A model generated the notes under the pieces. The model did not search any database and was not told the origin of the DNA. It saw nothing but the letters and a program-made list of their open reading frames with translations. Of a stretch of DNA of 64,000 nt, positions 58,691-64,000 are shown piece by piece (position 1 is the first letter of the stretch; every line of letters starts with the position of its first letter). Source of the DNA: Gekko japonicus. Its lineage: Eukaryota. The DNA lies in the NCBI RefSeq assembly GCF_001447785.1, contig NW_015174844.1, positions 408,525 through 472,524 on the forward strand, in the 5' to 3' direction. Both the position numbers and the translations under genes were made by a program.

Positions 58691-61600
58691 GAGGTAACAG
58701 GACCTCACACACTGGTACCCTAAAATGCACCTCATAGGATCCACCTGCTCAAAATGTATCTGGTGTCCCATCCTGACATAAGAGGGAACAAAAAAATCAT
58801 CCACCATCCCAATTAAGGCAGGATAGCCCTGACTTTTCAAACCGTGTGCTGGAGAAACCCTGGCCTCCAAACATTCCAGTTCCCATTAAGTTTTATTTTT
58901 GCACTATAATACATTTTTATTATTTAAAATATTTATTATTTGTATTTTTTATTATTTTTTTTAAATCTCTTTAGTGGTATATTTTTTCATGTAATTTGAT
59001 GCCACCCAGATTATGGTTAACTAACCCCTCTGAAAAATCCCATAATTGTTGATCACATAACAGTGTGATAAGGCATGCAAAGAAATTGGCATCATTTTAA
59101 TTTGCTTATTCTACCTCTTGAAATGCAAATTAGATGCATTTCTTTTTGACTGCTTCCTTCTCCAGTAACTCAGATTGAAGAAACAAGGTCTAGGCTGTAA
59201 AGTTTCCAGAAATGGGGGGTAGAAAACACTAGGAGATGAAAGGCCTTTCTTTAGCCTTTTATGGAGATTTTAATTTATTGATGACATCAAAGTGAACATC
59301 ACAAAAAATGAAATTGCCTTCATCCATTGTGTTCATCATTTATTTATTTTTAAATGTGCCTTTGTCCTGAAAAGTGGTTAGAGGGACAGGGGGAAGTGTG
59401 AAAGAACAGAATTTAGGTGTGGAAGTCTTTTTTAAAAAAAAATGAAGGGAAGGAATTTATGTGAAAGTTCTGCTTAGACTTTGGTTCAGAAGCAACCTGT
59501 CTCTTAAATTTTACTTTTGTGGAAAGGCAGAATACAGAATTTATTCATTGTTGAGGAAAAAACACTCTGTGCATGCTCAGAAGTACTTTTCTTTCTGTGG
59601 TAGGTTACTCATTTAATGCTGTGCCTCAGTGTTCCTTAACTGACAAATGTTGTCTAGATTGTATAAATGCAACAAAATACATGTATTTGACTTGCCTCAC
59701 TGCTTTTATGTACTTATTTATTTAGAATATTTTATTCCACTTTTCTCCCACATTGATTTACAAAAACACAGTCATCCCACCCTGATAAATCTTTAAGTGG
59801 GTAATGAGCCACAAGTATGTCCCAGCTCCCAAGTGGTCAATGGTTCTGCTAGCATGGTGCATGCAGGGCCACAGGCTTCTGCCTCTGGCTAATTCCAGGG
59901 TTTGATTTATATGAATTTATACAAATGTGCAGCCCAGGTAGCTTTGATGTTCCCAATTCTCTCCCTTCTTTTGCCTTCCAAAGAGGCCTGCACCTTGTGG
60001 AACATTTGAGTCTGGATTATGTTGGCCCTGCCATTGTACACCAGACCATGCTGTGCTGTGCACCCCCTGCACCCAGCCACAGCCACTCAAACACAGGACT
60101 GACCCTCTTTTGATCTGTGGGATGTCAGTGGTTATGCAGGAGTGGCTTGTATCTGTACAGAAAAGCTCCACACTTTTGGGGTCAGGACATGACAGGAGAG
60201 GACCTGCTACATACGAAACTCTACTTCTGTTCTTTGACTGCAGAGCCTCCAGGAGGTTACAGATTCCTTGCTCAATATGGTGGAAGTTCTCTTGGCAACA
60301 GCTTCGAAGCCAGGAAAGGCTGATTTCAGAAAGTCACAGGTTGTAAGGTGAGTTCCACAGATGAATCTAAGCTGGTCTGCATATTTAGTTTAGCCTATCT
60401 CACCCTTGATAAGCCAGGTAGTTAGTTCTTGCAATTTAAACCCCTTCTAATCAGCCTAGACCAACAACCCTTACAGGATGACTGGTTCAGTCTTCTGCAA
60501 TTGCTAGCCACGTGCACATTCCTGCAATATTCCCTTGAAGAAACATATCTGCAGGGAAGTGTCCCCGCCCAGCACAAGCCTCCCAGTGAAGCACTGTAGC
60601 ATGCTCTTCAAACATACTTTTGATGAATGATGCTGCATGTAGCATTATCTAATTAAATAATGGCTAACAACTTTTCCAGCGTGGGTGATATTTCAGCACG
60701 CAATCTCCTCCTATCACTGCCAGGCAAAACAATTACATCGTATCTCAAAGAGAGATCTATTCTGTGCAGCACATAATAAAATCGACACGCAGGATGCTGT
60801 TCTGCAATGGAGGCCAGCTTTGATTCCTGTCTTGGCAGGTATGGTATTCCTATCTTGGCAAGGCTGCAGTTCAAGAGCTTGCTTGTTGAAGGCACAAAAG
60901 CATGTATTAGCTGAAACGTTCCTTTCTACAGGCATGTTGCTTGCTTTGAGCTCAGGATTTCAAAGAATTTCATATCACTGTGCAGGGCTGTTGCATCATT
61001 GCTTCTTGACACAATGTTATCCATTGTGATGTACAGTATTTGCATCATGCTTCGACTACACCCGTTAATTCAGCCCCCACATCCATATCCCACAACAAAT
61101 ACAGTGATTGGGATTTTCAGTAGATTTTTTTTTTTTTGGTCTCTGAGCAGATAATCCACACCACAGACTGAAAAACAAATAAAGCAATCACCTTTTGCCT
61201 CAAAGAGAAGTTCCTGATCACTACAAAGGTGATACTAAGGCCAATTCTGATGCACAGTTTTTATCCATAAAAGTGGTATTGTTCTTAAATTACTTTTGTG
61301 AATGCACATGGAAAACATTGCACTGGGACTGAACATCCATGTGAATTTTACTGGAAAACTCCATAAACTGAAGCCAGTAACATTCTATTAACTTCCTCCC
61401 AGTTCCTTCCTGAAAAATCCACATGGATTTTCAATTCTGATGTAATTTTTCCACGTGTATTTCTCTACGGGATTCCTTCTGAAAGCCTCACAATCAGCTC
61501 TAGGAGTCTGTTCAGTGTGATCTCCTTCCAAAGAGGCCCCAATATTTTTTTCTCAGGATTTTCATGGTAGATTGGTTTGCTTGAATGTGGTATGCAGACT

Positions 61601-62639
61601 TGGGGTTTGAAAGCAATATGCTTCAGGAAACCTACAACCATTATGCCCATTGATATATGGTTTGAAAATTATGACGGCCATGCTTAGAATAAAAAATGAG
61701 GTAAGAGTTATTTATATGATTGACATTCTGCTTCAGTGTTTTCACACAAAGGCCTCTCTCTCTCTGTGATATGCAGACACTGCATTCCCCACACATTCTT
61801 GCAGCCTACACCACATAGCTGAACAATAGAGAGCCTTCTTTCATTTTCCTGCCTAGTTTCTGTGAACAGGACTCTGTTGACAACACAGTCTGTTCTCACT
61901 CCTGAAGAATTCCAAAAATTGAACAATCTAAGGACAGCCTGTGACTTTCAAGAGACATCTTAAAGCATTTGGTTTTTTAAAAGTGTAACTGGGTGCTTCT
62001 CTCTCTCTCTCTCTCTTTTTGCTTTTTGTCGTTGTTTCAGAGGAAACCTACAAAAATGCAGTTGCTCTACAAATCAGTCCCCACACCAGAGAGAGCTGTT
62101 CTTGACATGACACCATTAATGACAGCAATAAAATGCAACTATGCAAGACCGGCTTGCTCTCTTTCACCTACCACAAATGCATTTCCCCCCTCACTCTGTG
62201 TATGTGTGTGAGGTGAACTTTGATTCTCGTGAAGAGCGCCAGATTTACAATTCCATGGCTTGATATCTACAAAGAGATTGTGCAGAATCCAGGCAAAGCT
62301 TCAACCAAAAACAGATAGGCCACCTAAAGGGCTGATAGGACAACCCACTTCCTTTCCTTCATGCTCTGTGGGTCGTCTTGGAGTACCAGTTAGGGCTTGT
62401 CCATTCTGCATATTCTGTGTAGTCATTCACTGAGTCAAAAGTGATTTAATCAGAAATTATCTTACAGTGACTGTATATCAAGATTTGGAAAGTGGTGTAG
62501 GCACCACCCTCGTGTGGTGAAGATATAATCCTAGAAGCCTGCAAACCATCGTTGGCAAACTGAAAACTAGCCCTTGGGAATACATGCTTTTCTCTCCATC
62601 TCATTTTATCCTGCTCTTCCTTCAAGGAGCTCATGGTCG

Positions 62640-62795
62640 CTTCCCTGGCTCTCCCTGGCTCTCTCTTATTTGTACAACAACCCTGCAGGACAGATTAAAT
62701 TTAGTAGGAATGACAGGCCCAAGGTATCCCAGCAAGCTTCATGGCTGAGTGGGGATTCCCAAAGTCCTAGTTCAACACTTTGATTCCTGTACCAC
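62640..62795 (-). mobile_element. Decayed SINE (Squam3/MIR-like)
   Basis: ACAACAACCCTG..GGCCCAAGGT.CCCAGCAAGCTTCATGGCTGAGTGGGGATT pattern. Confidence 0.6.
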
Positions 62796-62969
62796 ACAAA
62801 TCTCATGTACCCCTTTCCCTTCACATTGGAATTGGCTATGCTTGATCATTACATCTGCTCCGGACATTAACTGGGGTCAACATTATCATTTAATCCCTTC
62901 TCACCACAGTTTGAATGTGGGGTTTGTATGCTTAGTGTTGATGTATATCTAACACTAAACCATCATGAA

Positions 62970-63502
62970 CCTAAACATTATTAGGCGAACCTAAACAGCA
63001 TGATAAAAAGTAGAGACATCACCCTGCCAACAAAAGTCCGCATGGTCAAAGCAATGGTATTCCCAGTAGTCATGTATGGCTGCGAGAGTTGGAGTATAAG
63101 GAAGGCCGAGAGCCGAAGAATAGATTCTTTTGAACTATGGTGCTGGAGAAGACTCTTGAGAGTCCCTTGGACTGCAAGGAGATCAAATCAGTCAATCCTA
63201 AAAGAAATCAACCCTAATTATTCCCTGGAAGGCCAAATACTGAAGCTGAAGCTCAAATACTTTGGCCACCAAATGAGAAGGGAGCACTCACTGGAGAAGA
63301 CCCTGATGCTGGGAAAGATTGAAGGTCAAAGAAGATGGGGACGGCAAAGGATGAGATGGTTAGACAGTGTCATAGATGCAATGAACATGAAGTTGAGCAA
63401 ACTTCAGAGGATGGCGGAAGACCGGAAGGCCTGGCGTGATCTGGTCCATGGGGTCGCGAAGAGTCGGACTCGACTGTGCGACTGAACAACAACAGCAACA
63501 AC
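62970..63502 (+). mobile_element. BovB (RTE) LINE 3' fragment
   Basis: KSRDITLPTKVRMVKAMVFPVVMYGCESW..HGVAKSRTRL is the BovB C-terminus; (CAA)n tail; 13-bp TSD AAACCATCATGAA at 62957-62969 and 63503-63515. Confidence 0.95.
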
Positions 63503-63809
63503 AAACCATCATGAAAGCTCACTAAAAAGTTTAGTAGACAAGGGAGAATTTGTGCTGGGGATGGAATGACTCTTTTCAGAACACTTCTAAAGGTGATGTG
63601 TCCAAGGCTTAAGGACCAATTGACACACCACAAAGTCATTGCAGACTTTGGGTCAGATGTATTCTGGGGGGCTGTGCTTCCCATGTGAAGCCATGGGTTC
63701 AATTAATATCAAGGAGCACAGTGCTCAGGGAGAGAGCATCTTGTGCCATTTTCCCAACCTGAAACAGCCCCAGGGAGCTGCTATTTGCCCTGTTGGGGAC
63801 ACTTGCATG

Positions 63810-64000
63810 CAACGCTCCCTCTAAGCTGTGGAGTCTTGTGAGCAAAAATTCTACTTTTGAGCTGCTGGCATTAAAGTTGTGAGTGAGTGATTTGGCTACT
63901 GCATAAATTAGTTTGCTCGGGGGCCATCCTTCCTGAGCTAAGACAAAAATGTGTGAGCTGGAGGCTAAAAAACTGTGAGCTAGCTTACACTAATTTAGCT
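63810..64000 (-). mobile_element. hAT MITE, family A, cut by the window edge
   Basis: Reverse complement of 1859-2063. Confidence 0.9.

Overview
Eukaryotic, repeat-dense DNA from a squamate reptile, probably a gecko. This is inferred from the repeat set: CR1 with (TTCTTATG)n tails, BovB, Squam3-like SINEs with (CTT)n tails, 5S-derived SINEs and hAT MITEs. No prokaryotic genes, CRISPR arrays or RNA genes are supported, and almost all ORFs in the track are spurious or transposon-derived. The window opens with the end of a ~360-bp satellite array. It then holds many, often nested, mobile elements: CR1, L1, RTE/BovB, RTE-X-like and L2 LINEs, a decayed Gypsy provirus with a 5-bp TSD, solo LTRs, hAT and Harbinger MITEs, and SINEs. 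The most notable system is three diverged ~1.8-kb retroposons (8185-9978 +, 12532-14312 -, 49670-51487 +) that encode only an L1-type ORF1 protein and no ORF2. Two have clean 16-18-bp TSDs, and one keeps an intact 318-aa ORF. They look like a 'half-L1' (HAL1-type) non-autonomous family with conserved 5' and 3' cis motifs. Also seen: L1 insertions with very long target duplications (34 and ~115 bp), a 66-bp palindromic hAT mini-element, a 149-bp hairpin made of two LINE 3' ends, a template-switch inversion, and a TATA/3xCCAAT/GC/X-box cluster at ~57.3-57.6 kb. That cluster may be the promoter of an unidentified, possibly decayed, minus-strand multi-exon transcript. All alignments were done by eye; family names need RepeatMasker/Dfam/Repbase confirmation.
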